This document shows, one piece after another, positions 1 through 9,392 of a stretch of 64,000 nucleotides of DNA. The stretch is from an uncultured Verrucomicrobiae bacterium. GTDB lineage: Bacteria; Verrucomicrobiota; Verrucomicrobiia; Chthoniobacterales; Chthoniobacteraceae. A program made the translations under genes and the position numbers. The stretch is taken from the NCBI GenBank assembly GCA_963828525.1, contig CAWHEP010000008.1, forward strand, positions 416,001 through 480,000, given 5' to 3'. Within the stretch, counting starts at the first letter, position 1. Each line of letters opens with the position of its first letter. The notes below the pieces were generated by a model. It ran no database searches. It was not told the origin of the DNA and saw nothing but the letters and a program-made list of their open reading frames with translations.

Positions 1-350
1 TTCACCAGGTAATCCTGGGCGCCCGCCTCAACGGTTTCCACCGCCAGCGACTCATCATTGAGTCCGCTCAGCACAATTATGGGAACCCCCGGCGCGGCGG
101 CGTGCAGCGCAACGAACGTCTGGATGCCACTGCTGTCGGGAAGCGAGAGGTCGCACAGGATCACGTCGATGCGCGGTCCTTCGTTGCGCGGAGGCTGTTC
201 CATTCGCAGCTTTGCCGAAGCGAGGTCAGGCGCCTGTTCCACTTCGAAATCGGTTTTTGACTGCCGCAAAGCCTCCTTCAGAAGCAGCACATCGCCGGGG
301 TTATCTTCGACCAGCAGCACACGGATGGAAGTCATCACTGAATTCTTCAT
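1..350 (-). CDS. Response-regulator receiver-domain protein (5' part; runs off the window start)
   Basis: Manual translation from ATG 350: MKNSVMTSIRVLLVEDNPGD...DVILCDLSLPDSSG...PIIVLSGL...GAQDYLVK, a canonical REC domain. Absent from the ORF track because it has no stop in the window. Confidence 0.9.
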   Translation of the reverse strand, partial: MKNSVMTSIRVLLVEDNPGDVLLLKEALRQSKTDFEVEQAPDLASAKLRMEQPPRNEGPRIDVILCDLSLPDSSGIQTFVALHAAAPGVPIIVLSGLNDESLAVETVEAGAQDYLV

Positions 351-431
351 CGAGGGAACCTTCTACGGAGCACCCACGCGCCCGCATGACAAACATACTA
401 CCATTTCAGGGGAATCGGCCAAGGCGGGAAA

Positions 432-3400
432 TCAGCCTTCTATGATGGCCCTTATCTTTTGCGCAAGGTCAGCAGGCGTAAAGGGCTTTTGAAGAAAGGC
501 GGCCCCCGCCTGAAGCCCATACTGCTGAAATACCACCTCTTTAACATACCCTGAGGTGAACAGAACCTTGGATGTCGCGCCGTTTTCGCTCATCCAGTCC
601 GCGAGTTCGCGACCGCCGCCGCTGGGAAGTACGACATCCGCGAACAGGAGATCGATCTTCGATCCGTTCAAGTTCCTGATGATGGCGCGCGCCTTATCGC
701 CATCTTCCGCTTCCATCACGCTATAACCCAACTTGCGCAATATCTGCGCTGTGAGGCTACGCACCGTGGCTTCATCTTCCACGAGCAGGATGGTCTCGTT
801 GCCTCGCGGCAGGCGGCTTGCCTGCTCGGTCTTGGCGAAATGCACCCCTTGTTCCGTGACACGCGGAAGAAGAATCTGGAAGCAACTCCCACTGCCAAGG
901 ACGCTCTCTACTACTATATACCCGCCGCTTTGCTTTACGATGCCGTAGCAGGTCGCGAGGCCAAGGCCCGTGCCATGACCCTTTTCTTTGGTCGTGAAAA
1001 AAGGCTCAAAGAGATGTTTCCTCACCTCTTCTGTCATCCCCGAACCGGTGTCGCTGATGGATAGCTTAACGTAATCACCCGACGGCACGCCCTGGCTTTT
1101 GCAGATGGGATCCTCTTCGCGGCAGATGGCATTGGAAGTTTGGATAGTGATGACGCCTCCACGCGGCATTGCATCCCGGGCATTCACCGCAAGATTCAGG
1201 ATGACCTGGTCGAGCTGCGCCGAGTCCGCTTTCACACGGCCCGCGTTCTTGTCGGGCAGCGTCACTATCTGAATATCTTCACCAATGAGGCGCCTCAGCA
1301 TCTTCTGTATGCTGCTGACCGCGTCGTTGAGATTCAGCACTTTCAGTTGAAGTGACTGCCTTCGGCTGAATGCGAGCAACTGATGGGTTAGCGACGCCGC
1401 GAATTCGGCGGCCTTGCGGATTTCGGACAAATTTCTGTACATCGAATGCCCAGAACTGATCTGCCCCAGCAGAAGATCACTGTATCCGAGAATAGCTGTC
1501 AGAATGTTGTTGAAATCGTGCGCCACCCCGCCCGCCAGGCGTCCAATCGCCTCCATCTTCTGCGACTGGAGCAGTTGGTCCTCGAGCCTTTTTCGCTCGG
1601 TGATATCGCGGGCAATGGAGGAGATGCCGGTGATTTCGCCCTGTTCATTGCGAATAGGGGATTCAGTCACCGAAACCGCGATGCGGGATCCGTCTTTGCG
1701 CAGCCGGACCGTTTCGAAATTGGTGAGGCTCTCTCCCTGCTTCACCGCCGCAAGCGTCTGCGGAAGTTCGTCGAGCCGCTCAGGTGGAACCATGATGTAG
1801 ACATGCCTCCCCAGGGCCTCTTCCGCCGTGTAGCCGTAGAGGCGAGCCGCGGCGCTGTTCCAACTGACAATGATGCCATCCAGCGTTTTGCCGACGATGG
1901 CGTCGTTCGAAGACTCGACCACCGCCGCCAGTTCAGATCGCGTCCGCTCCGCGCGGCGCCGATCCGTAATATCCCGGAGGTAAGCGGTAAACATCGGGCG
2001 CCTGTGCAATTTGATGCGGCTGAGAGCCACCTCCATCGGCATCTCGCTTTGATCCGCCCGGCGGGCGATGAGTTCCATTCGACGTCCAAGAGGCAGGCTT
2101 TCCTCCGCCGCGGGCGCTGGCAGCATCGCCGCTCGATAGCTGCCCCGAACGGCGGGTGGGAAGATCATCTCAAACAAGTCCTTCGACAGGGCAAATGAAC
2201 GCGGAAAGCCAAACGCCCTCTCGGCGGCTGGATTGAACTCCACGATTTTCCCCTCTTCATCGAAAGTAATGATGCAGTCAAGCGCCGACTCCAGGATCGC
2301 CGCTTTGCGGGCGTCGCTCTCGCGGAGCGCCTCCAGGCCTCGCTTTCGGTCGATCAAATGCCCCAACTGAACACCGATTGCGGCGAGCATCTGCAGCAAC
2401 TCGGGATCAGCGTTGGAAACTTGCGGACTGTAAAACTCCAACACATGAAGAACCTCCTGACCAACTTTGACTGGCACCCCGAAGGCCGCGCGCATGCCAT
2501 TGCTCACAGCTATGGCCGCATTCACGAAGGCGTTGTTTTTTTCGATATTGGCGATCCAGTCCGGCTCGCCCGTTTGCCATACCCCGCCCGCGAGACCTGC
2601 TCCAGGTGGCACGATCATGCCTGATGTCGCCGCCTCAAACTCCTCGATGTCGATATTGGGGCGGTGCCAAATCTCCACGCAGTGAAGAACGTTGGCTTCA
2701 GAATCAACATCCCACACCGTGCCCATATCCCACTCGAGTATCTCGCAGATCGCCTGAAGGATCTTGGGCCGCGCTTCCGCAACCGTAGCCGCCTCCGCCA
2801 GAATGCGGGTCGTTGTGTAAAGGAGGTTCCGCCGGCGCTCAGCCAGCCACCGCTGTGTTATGTCCTCAACGCTTCCCTCTATGTAGATGAGATCTCCGTC
2901 TGGCCCACGCACCCCCCGGACATTCTGCGAGATCCACATGGAACGTCCGTCCTTTCGAAACACCTCCGCGACAAAACCGGAAACAATGTGGTGCCGCTGG
3001 ACAGCCTGCATCAAGTCCTGCCAGCGGTTGCCCGACACATAAGATTTCTCGGCCATCTTCCATTCCGCGACGACTTCCTCCGGACTTTGGAACCCCAGCA
3101 TGCGCGCGAGCGCTTGGTTTGCGGTTATAAGCTCGCCGCCAGGCTCGGACTGAAATATTCCCTCGATGGCGTTGTCGAAGATTGCCCTGTACTTGTTCTC
3201 AGCCTGCCGCACCTGACCCAGCAGCGCCTCCCGCTCCGACACGTAATCGCGAAGCCTCTTCAGAACACGGAAGGACCCATAGCCACCTCCGACGACCAAG
3301 AGCGCGAAAACAGCGTATTGGAGTTCTCCGACCCCGCGTTCGCTGCCCGGTTTCGCCACCCGCACCCGGGTGAGAGAAACCCATAGCCCCAAGCTCAGAA

Positions 3401-3506
3401 GGAAGAGCACGACATAAGCTCCGAAGACAAGCGTCGTCAAAAAGCTCCGCTTAAGGGCGGGATCCTTCGAGAATCCGAACCTGCCTGGGATGGAAGCCGT
3501 ATTCAC
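432..3506 (-). CDS. Hybrid sensor histidine kinase / response regulator (2 TM, PAS, GAF, PAS, PAS, HisKA, HATPase, REC)
   Basis: H-box AGGVAHDFNNIL, N-box NLAVNARDAM, G-boxes DTGSG and GTGLGL, FEPFFTTK, PAS/PAC repeats ending DITxR, C-terminal REC (ILLVEDE...D...KPF). Confidence 0.93.
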   Translation of the reverse strand: MNTASIPGRFGFSKDPALKRSFLTTLVFGAYVVLFLLSLGLWVSLTRVRVAKPGSERGVGELQYAVFALLVVGGGYGSFRVLKRLRDYVSEREALLGQVRQAENKYRAIFDNAIEGIFQSEPGGELITANQALARMLGFQSPEEVVAEWKMAEKSYVSGNRWQDLMQAVQRHHIVSGFVAEVFRKDGRSMWISQNVRGVRGPDGDLIYIEGSVEDITQRWLAERRRNLLYTTTRILAEAATVAEARPKILQAICEILEWDMGTVWDVDSEANVLHCVEIWHRPNIDIEEFEAATSGMIVPPGAGLAGGVWQTGEPDWIANIEKNNAFVNAAIAVSNGMRAAFGVPVKVGQEVLHVLEFYSPQVSNADPELLQMLAAIGVQLGHLIDRKRGLEALRESDARKAAILESALDCIITFDEEGKIVEFNPAAERAFGFPRSFALSKDLFEMIFPPAVRGSYRAAMLPAPAAEESLPLGRRMELIARRADQSEMPMEVALSRIKLHRRPMFTAYLRDITDRRRAERTRSELAAVVESSNDAIVGKTLDGIIVSWNSAAARLYGYTAEEALGRHVYIMVPPERLDELPQTLAAVKQGESLTNFETVRLRKDGSRIAVSVTESPIRNEQGEITGISSIARDITERKRLEDQLLQSQKMEAIGRLAGGVAHDFNNILTAILGYSDLLLGQISSGHSMYRNLSEIRKAAEFAASLTHQLLAFSRRQSLQLKVLNLNDAVSSIQKMLRRLIGEDIQIVTLPDKNAGRVKADSAQLDQVILNLAVNARDAMPRGGVITIQTSNAICREEDPICKSQGVPSGDYVKLSISDTGSGMTEEVRKHLFEPFFTTKEKGHGTGLGLATCYGIVKQSGGYIVVESVLGSGSCFQILLPRVTEQGVHFAKTEQASRLPRGNETILLVEDEATVRSLTAQILRKLGYSVMEAEDGDKARAIIRNLNGSKIDLLFADVVLPSGGGRELADWMSENGATSKVLFTSGYVKEVVFQQYGLQAGAAFLQKPFTPADLAQKIRAIIEG

Positions 3507-3587
3507 GTTCGGAAGGAGCGGACAAAGCGGGATGTTTCGCCCCTCTTCGCAAGCCTGCTTTGATGGTCACCCGGGTGACCGCGAAGG

Positions 3588-3995
3588 TCAACTCTTATCG
3601 AAGCTATACTTCCCCGGACCGAGCAAAACCAACGAGTAGCTTGCAAGAAGAGGGGCACAAACTGCAACTGCAAATACAGCGCCCAGATGGTGCCCGGCGT
3701 GGATGAAAGCGCTGACCGTCAGAACAATCGCCAGAACAAGGCAGACGACGCGAAAAAAAAGCCCTATAAAGAGCAGTATCCCCGCCGCAAGCTCGGAGAA
3801 AGCGACCACCGCGCCCAAGAATTCCAGATGGCTGCCGATGTGGAGGAAGTGAGCGGCAGGAGCAGCAGCCGCGCGCCATCTCCCAGCTCCGCCAGCAACA
3901 ACCGGGAAGGCCGCCGCCACAAGCAGGGCGCCCACAGCCACCCGCAGGAGCAGCAGTCCGAATTCACGATGCTTGTTGAGAGAGGACAGGATCAT
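3588..3995 (-). CDS. DoxX-family membrane protein
   Basis: 135 aa, 4 TM, N-terminal GLLLLRVAVG, central ELAAGILLFIGLFFR, C-terminal GPGKYSFD. Confidence 0.85.
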   Translation of the reverse strand: MILSSLNKHREFGLLLLRVAVGALLVAAAFPVVAGGAGRWRAAAAPAAHFLHIGSHLEFLGAVVAFSELAAGILLFIGLFFRVVCLVLAIVLTVSAFIHAGHHLGAVFAVAVCAPLLASYSLVLLGPGKYSFDKS

Positions 3996-4135
3996 TTCGG
4001 AAAAGTAAACGTAGCTGGCGCTGCCAAGTCAAAGATTTCCACCGGCCTTGCCGCAGAGGATGATCTCCGACTCGCTGGGGACCGTCTCTTTTAGACGGCT
4101 TGTGTTTTTCCACCAAACCGATACCTAATCTTTGG

Positions 4136-5074
4136 ATGCCTTCGAGCGCCCCCGCCGCTTCTTCCACCTGCCAGCTCACCTTCTGGGGAGTCCGGGGTTC
4201 GATCCCCAGCCCCGGCCCGGACACGGTGCTGACGGGCGGTAACACTTCGTGCGTCGAGGTTCGGGCGGATGGTGAAATCATCATCCTGGACGCGGGGACG
4301 GGCATCCGCGCGCTCGGTCTGGCACTCGCCGCGGAGTTCGGAGACCAGCCCATTGACCTCACGCTGCTCATTTCGCATACCCACTGGGATCACATACAGG
4401 GATTCCCTTTCTTCCTTCCCGCTTACGACGCGCGAAACAAAGTCAGCATACTTGGTTACGAAGGCGCCAGGATCGGTCTCGCGACGACTCTGGCAGGGCA
4501 GATGGAAAGCCCTTACTTTCCGATCGCGCTGCAAGAGATGCCCGGCAATATCGTGATAGAAGAGTTGAGAGACCTCTCCTTTTCCATCGGCAAGGTCAAG
4601 GCTACCGCGTGGTTTATGAACCACCCCGGCATCGCTGTAGGATACAGGCTTGCGACCAGTGGAGGTTCCATCGCGTATGTTCCCGATAACGAGCCGTTTG
4701 GACGGCACGGCGTTTCTCACGAACCTCCTGAACCCAACGACTCGGCGCATACGATGGACCGCAAGCTCATTGAATTCATCGAGGGTTCCGACGTGCTGAT
4801 AATCGATTCCCAGTATGACGAGTCGGAATACAGCAAGCATGTCGGTTGGGGACATGGCTGTGTCAGCGATGTGGTGGAACTCGCCATCGCGGCCAGCGTC
4901 AAACATCTTTTTCTCTTCCATCATGACCCTGCCAATGACGACCGCTCCATTGCCGCGATGGTGGAAGGCGCGCGAGCGCTGGCCGCAACCCTCGGGGCGA
5001 ACTTAAAGATCGACGCCGCGCGCGAAGGGACCACGATCCACCTGCCGGAGCTTCCTACCGCTACCGCGCCGTGA
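4136..5074 (+). CDS. MBL-fold metallo-hydrolase (phosphodiesterase-like, WGVRGS subfamily)
   Basis: FWGVRGSIPSPG, GGNTSC, LDAGTG, HTHWDH metal motif, GWGH, LFHHDP. ATG 4136 preferred over TTG 4100. Confidence 0.88.
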   Translation: MPSSAPAASSTCQLTFWGVRGSIPSPGPDTVLTGGNTSCVEVRADGEIIILDAGTGIRALGLALAAEFGDQPIDLTLLISHTHWDHIQGFPFFLPAYDARNKVSILGYEGARIGLATTLAGQMESPYFPIALQEMPGNIVIEELRDLSFSIGKVKATAWFMNHPGIAVGYRLATSGGSIAYVPDNEPFGRHGVSHEPPEPNDSAHTMDRKLIEFIEGSDVLIIDSQYDESEYSKHVGWGHGCVSDVVELAIAASVKHLFLFHHDPANDDRSIAAMVEGARALAATLGANLKIDAAREGTTIHLPELPTATAP

Positions 5075-5498
5075 GGATCACGATTAACTGCCCCTTGCCG
5101 CACAAGGGTCCTCGTATGAAAACCGGGCTTTCCAAACCCAGGCGGGCGTCCGTCTCAGCTCGCAAGTCCCTGCCCTGATAAACCTGGAGGTGTAGCAGAT
5201 ACCCTGGATTTGCCTTCCGGGCGGAAGTCACCCGAACGGCAAACTTCTTGGTCGCCAACATCCACCTTTCGACGGGTTCATCCATCTTTTCGGCATGCTG
5301 GCTCAGGAGATCGAACTGATTGTAACCGAAAATGTTCCGCAATTTGCCATGCAATCGCGCGATCTCCGGGGCTGTCTCCGCGGGCTGTTGAGCGTTTGAG
5401 GCGAAGACAATCCCGCTCCATATCGAGTCGGCGCCGCGCGCGATCACTCCAGAGAAACAGCCGGCCATCAGAAGAACGGCTATGCTTCGCCTCATCAC
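5061..5498 (-). CDS. Hypothetical exported protein, third gene of the ECF operon
   Basis: Signal-peptide-like N-terminus (MMRRSIAVLLMAGCFSGVIARGA); 4-nt overlap with the anti-sigma gene. Confidence 0.7.
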   Translation of the reverse strand: MMRRSIAVLLMAGCFSGVIARGADSIWSGIVFASNAQQPAETAPEIARLHGKLRNIFGYNQFDLLSQHAEKMDEPVERWMLATKKFAVRVTSARKANPGYLLHLQVYQGRDLRAETDARLGLESPVFIRGPLCGKGQLIVILTAR

Positions 5499-6004
5499 TT
5501 CAGATCAGCCGTTTCCGGGAGGTAATCGAGTCCGTCCAGCCACACAACGCTCACATCATCCTTTTTGGAATGGAAGGCGCTGACGGTTACACCGGGGTCC
5601 GACGGGCGAGTTCCCGAAAGTTGCGCCATATACCCTCCGCTCGACGCCCCCGTTTCCTGGGGCCCGATGGGGATCAAAAAGTGGAACAGAACTGCTGCTG
5701 CTACGGCGCTGCACGCGCCCGCCCAGGCGAACCATGAAAGACCACCCTTTTTTCCACGCGGAAGCGCCGATGCCGGCGACTCCAAGGCGCGAATCCGCTC
5801 AAGAAGCTGATGGTTGAAAAAATCGCCCCCGTCGAAACTGGGAGGAGCCGGGCAAGTCCTCAGCAAATCGCCGAGCCTTATCGCGTCCTGCTTGTCCCTC
5901 GCGCAATCGGTTCGGAGCTCTGCTTCGAACGAGAGCTTCTCGCTCTCCTCCAGTTCGCCGTCCACCCACGCGGTAAATCTCTCTTCAAATGGATTCATAA
6001 ACAT
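5495..6004 (-). CDS. Putative anti-sigma factor (single TM)
   Basis: TAWVDGEL anti-sigma-like N-terminus, one TM (WFAWAGACSAVAAAVLFHFL), overlaps the 3' end of the sigma gene. Confidence 0.8.
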   Translation of the reverse strand: MFMNPFEERFTAWVDGELEESEKLSFEAELRTDCARDKQDAIRLGDLLRTCPAPPSFDGGDFFNHQLLERIRALESPASALPRGKKGGLSWFAWAGACSAVAAAVLFHFLIPIGPQETGASSGGYMAQLSGTRPSDPGVTVSAFHSKKDDVSVVWLDGLDYLPETADLK

Positions 6005-6590
6005 CTTTCAACAGCGTCTGCAGCTTTTTACGGGCATAAAAAAGACGCGACATCACCGTCCCAATCGAACATTCCAGAGCGTCGGCAATCTCCTGATACT
6101 GGAGTCCCTCCAACTCTTTCATGACAATGACGGCACGATGTTCGGGGCTGAGCTTTGAGATGGCGGCATCTATGCGCTTGCGGATTTCGGCCTGCTCGAT
6201 CTTTTCGGAAGGAAGCGGATCGGCCTTCGGGACTGTAAATGAGCCTGGCTCAGCCGACGCGATGGAAACAGTGTCATCGAACTCGGACGTTCCCTCGATC
6301 TGCTTCTTGCGCAGCCAATCGATCGTGACGTTAGTCATGATGCGGTAGAGCCAGGTGTAGAACGAAGATTGTCCACGGAAACGGGCTATGGACTTCCATG
6401 CTTTCAAAAAGCCGTCCTGCGCAAGATCCCAGGCGTCCTGCTCGTTGCGCACCATGTTGTAGATCATTCCGTAAGCTTTGTTTCTATACCGGGTTACAAG
6501 TTCGTTAAAGGCCTCCAGATCCCCCTTCTGGCATTGCGCCACGAGATCTGCATCCTCCTTCTCCAAGGCAGGCTCTTCCTTTCCTGACAT
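5985..6590 (-). CDS. ECF RNA polymerase sigma factor (RpoE-like)
   Basis: DADLV..CQKGDLEAFNELV, DAWDLAQDGFLKAW, FYTWLYRI, region 4 EGLQYQEIADALECSIGTVMSRLFYAR. Confidence 0.95.
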   Translation of the reverse strand: MSGKEEPALEKEDADLVAQCQKGDLEAFNELVTRYRNKAYGMIYNMVRNEQDAWDLAQDGFLKAWKSIARFRGQSSFYTWLYRIMTNVTIDWLRKKQIEGTSEFDDTVSIASAEPGSFTVPKADPLPSEKIEQAEIRKRIDAAISKLSPEHRAVIVMKELEGLQYQEIADALECSIGTVMSRLFYARKKLQTLLKDVYESI

Positions 6591-6593
6591 CAG

Positions 6594-6621
6594 TTAGACG
6601 TAATGATCCGTCTGTTATTCG
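6594..6621 (-). promoter_or_regulatory. Putative ECF-type autoregulatory promoter CGAAT-N16-CGTCTAA
   Basis: Minus strand reads CGAAT AACAGACGGATCATTA CGTCTAA CTG ATG directly before the sigma start codon; fits the GGAAC-N16-CGTC class of ECF promoters. Confidence 0.55.
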
Positions 6622-6645
6622 AAAGAACTTTTCGGCGCGGCCAAA

Positions 6646-7311
6646 TCATGCCGCTGGTCCAAACCGCCGCCGCCATTCGGATCGGAACTCGCCCATCAAC
6701 GCGATGATTCCATCACGGATTTGAAACAGCCGGTGGCATAGAGAGGAATACCGTTCTGGATCAAGTCCCACCTCGGTCTTCATCTGCAAGGCCGCATCCA
6801 GGGAATTGGTCACCGCCTTCAAGGCGCGCTTGAGATAGGCGATTGTCATGCCGATCTCGTCCACATCATCATCGCTTAGCGCCGCCGCGAGCTTCGCGCT
6901 CGCGATCGCCGTCTGAGTCGCGAGCTTTACCGACGCCGGATGGTTTTGCAATTCCCCGAGATCGTCAAACAGTCTGTCGATCCACACAGTCAGCCCAAAT
7001 GAAGCCCGGTATAGCGGATGCATCTCAAATGTCTCACCGGTTTCTTGGGCGCTCTCCTCCGCATTTCCCTCGTCCCCCGGCGTCTTTTCCATCTCGTCAT
7101 CGAACAAGGAATCCACGCTTTCGGCCCAGTCGCGACCATCATCATCGAGCAGATGATACCAGCCCATTTCACGCGCGATGATGAGATCCCTGTTGGGGTC
7201 GTCGATGTATTTTTCCAGCAGTTCCATATAGCGCTCCGTTTTGCGATCCTGCTGCTGAAGGAACCGCTCCCAATCATACTCATCCCAGATCTTTTCAGGC
7301 TCCTGGTCCAT
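6646..7311 (-). CDS. Conserved-looking hypothetical protein (acidic N-terminus, helical C-terminus)
   Basis: MDQEPEKIWDEYDWERFL...; ATG 7311 lies 10 nt after the rlmN stop. The ORF-track extension to 7506 overlaps rlmN. Confidence 0.75.
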   Translation of the reverse strand: MDQEPEKIWDEYDWERFLQQQDRKTERYMELLEKYIDDPNRDLIIAREMGWYHLLDDDGRDWAESVDSLFDDEMEKTPGDEGNAEESAQETGETFEMHPLYRASFGLTVWIDRLFDDLGELQNHPASVKLATQTAIASAKLAAALSDDDVDEIGMTIAYLKRALKAVTNSLDAALQMKTEVGLDPERYSSLCHRLFQIRDGIIALMGEFRSEWRRRFGPAA

Positions 7312-7321
7312 CTGGCACTCC

Positions 7322-8416
7322 TTAGCCCGGCTGCATCTGTTCCGCAAAAGATTTATCTCGCTGCGCCTGGAGGCGGAGCTGGCCGCATGCAGCGTCAATA
7401 TCGTGCCCCTTCTCCCGCCGAATCGTCGCGGATACGCCCGCGTCGCGCAGAATGGCGAGAAACTCTTCCTGAGTCCGTTCGGATGGGCGCTCCCATTGCA
7501 GGCCATCGACCGCGTTACAGGGGATAAGATTCACTTTCGCGCCGAGCCGGGCCGCATGGCGAGCCAGTTCGCGCGCCTGTTCAGTAGAGTCGTTGACACC
7601 CAAAATCAGGATGTACTCGAAGGTTATCCGCTGCTTTTTCCGTTCGGCGTAATAGGCGCACGCCTCCAGTAGCGCCGCTACACCATACTTGCGGTTCACC
7701 GGCATTATCTTTTCCCGGACTGTATCCGTGGCCCCATGGAGTGATACCGCGAGCCGGATCTGCAAAGGCTGCTCGGCAAGCGCGCGGATTTGAGGAACCA
7801 GGCCGCTCGTCGAAACGGTGATGTGTCGCGCCCCTAATCCTATGCCCCACTCCGCGTTGATAATTGAGATCGCTCGCATCACATTGCCAAAGTTGGCCAG
7901 CGGCTCGCCCATGCCCATGAATACGAGATTATTGATCCGCTCCCCCTCGGTGCATTCAATCGCCAGTATCTGCTCCACGATTTCTGAAGCATCCAGATTC
8001 CGGCTAAATCCATCCAGTCCGCTCGCGCAAAACTTGCATCCGTAGGCGCAGCCCACCTGAGTGGAGACACACAAAGTCCTGCGATCCGAGTCTGATCCAT
8101 AAAGCGCAGGCGACGCGGGGATCAGGACGGCTTCAATGAGGCTTCCATCGCCCAACTGGAGCAGAAACTTTCTCGTGGTGTCCGCAGAGCCCAATTTGCG
8201 CGCAACCGTGGGACCATCAAAGGCGAAATCCGCAGCCAGACGCCCGCGCAACCCAGCGGGTAGATCTGTCATCTTCTCAAAGGAATTTACGCGCTTCTCA
8301 TAAAGCCATTTTAATACCTGCCGGGCGCGATACGCTGGTTCCCCCATCTGTGTGAATGCAGCTTCGAGTTGCGCCAATCCAAGCGATCTGATCTGAAGAC
8401 GCGGTGAGGAGATCAT
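7322..8416 (-). CDS. rlmN: 23S rRNA m2A2503 / tRNA m2A37 radical-SAM methyltransferase RlmN
   Basis: CVSTQVGCAYGCKFC, VFMGMGEP, TVSTSG, LAVSLH, DIDAACGQL. Confidence 0.96.
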   Translation of the reverse strand: MISSPRLQIRSLGLAQLEAAFTQMGEPAYRARQVLKWLYEKRVNSFEKMTDLPAGLRGRLAADFAFDGPTVARKLGSADTTRKFLLQLGDGSLIEAVLIPASPALYGSDSDRRTLCVSTQVGCAYGCKFCASGLDGFSRNLDASEIVEQILAIECTEGERINNLVFMGMGEPLANFGNVMRAISIINAEWGIGLGARHITVSTSGLVPQIRALAEQPLQIRLAVSLHGATDTVREKIMPVNRKYGVAALLEACAYYAERKKQRITFEYILILGVNDSTEQARELARHAARLGAKVNLIPCNAVDGLQWERPSERTQEEFLAILRDAGVSATIRREKGHDIDAACGQLRLQAQRDKSFAEQMQPG

Positions 8417-8531
8417 CGGTTGTTATTTTCGCCTGCTTTCTCCTCACGCGCATCCGATTCTTTGAACGAACAGCGGCATCTCAATGACAAACAATAGGAA
8501 CTGACGACTTCAACCTGAACGGACAGAATAT

Positions 8532-9272
8532 ATGACCACCGAGGAACGCGACCTGATCACTGGACTATTCACTCGACTGCGCAGCGCGGATTCCGGCGCA
8601 AAGGATGCCGAGGCCGAACAATTGATCCGGCAACAGATCGATGCTCTGCCAAGCGCGCCGTATCTATTGACCCAAACCCTTTTCGTTCAGGAACATGCCT
8701 TGCAGAATGCGCAGGCGCGGATCGCAGCCCTCGAGCGGCAGGCAGCGGATGCCACCGCCTCCGCAGCCGCTGCCCGGCCGCAGCCCAGCTTCCTTTCGGG
8801 ACTGTTTCACCACGATGCCACTCCCACCCCTCCCCCGCCATTGCGACCGCCGGCCCCATCTCCGTTTGCATCCACATTGACAATGCCCTCCAGCGGCGGC
8901 GGGGGCTTCCTTCGAGGAGCTCTTGCGACGGCGGCGGGGGTCGCGGGAGGCTCGTTGCTATTCGAGGGCATCGAGAACCTCCTTGGTCACCGCCCAGGTG
9001 CCTTTGCGTCAGGCTTGGGAGGCTTTGGAGGGTTCGGCTCCCAATCTCAATACCCGGAAAATGTAGAGGTCGTTAACAATTACTACGATGGCGCGCCCGG
9101 CGGCGGCGGGGGTGCCCAGGACCCCGGTATGCGGGTTTCTGAAGATTTGCCTATGGATCAACCGGTTAATGATCCAGCCTACGATGATTCCTCCTCCTTT
9201 TCTGATCCGACACCCTCCGATTCCGGCACTGATTTTGACCCCGGGAGCGGAGGCGGTGACTCGCTCGTCTGA
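8532..9272 (+). CDS. DUF2076-family protein
   Basis: MTTEERDLITGLFTRL..DAEAE..PSAPYLLTQ..VQEHAL, GGFLRGALATAAGVAGG, acidic low-complexity tail. Confidence 0.85.
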   Translation: MTTEERDLITGLFTRLRSADSGAKDAEAEQLIRQQIDALPSAPYLLTQTLFVQEHALQNAQARIAALERQAADATASAAAARPQPSFLSGLFHHDATPTPPPPLRPPAPSPFASTLTMPSSGGGGFLRGALATAAGVAGGSLLFEGIENLLGHRPGAFASGLGGFGGFGSQSQYPENVEVVNNYYDGAPGGGGGAQDPGMRVSEDLPMDQPVNDPAYDDSSSFSDPTPSDSGTDFDPGSGGGDSLV

Positions 9273-9322
9273 GCAGTCCCTTCCTGTCATTCAGCGAGGA
9301 AAGTCGGATCCACGGCGCCTTT

Positions 9323-9348
9323 GGACGCGCGCAATAAGGCGCGTGTCC
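9323..9348 (+). terminator. 10-bp GC-rich hairpin after the DUF2076 gene (no U-tract)
   Basis: GGACGCGCGC-aataag-GCGCGTGTCC, with one G-U pair. Confidence 0.4.
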
Positions 9349-9392
9349 GGCGTTGAATCCGCGCCCGTCTCCTGCTAGTTTTCCGCGTACCC

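Noticed and set aside
4091..4118. Second ECF promoter (CGTCTAA on the minus strand upstream of doxX)
   Set aside because: No GAA-type -35 element at 16-17 nt spacing.
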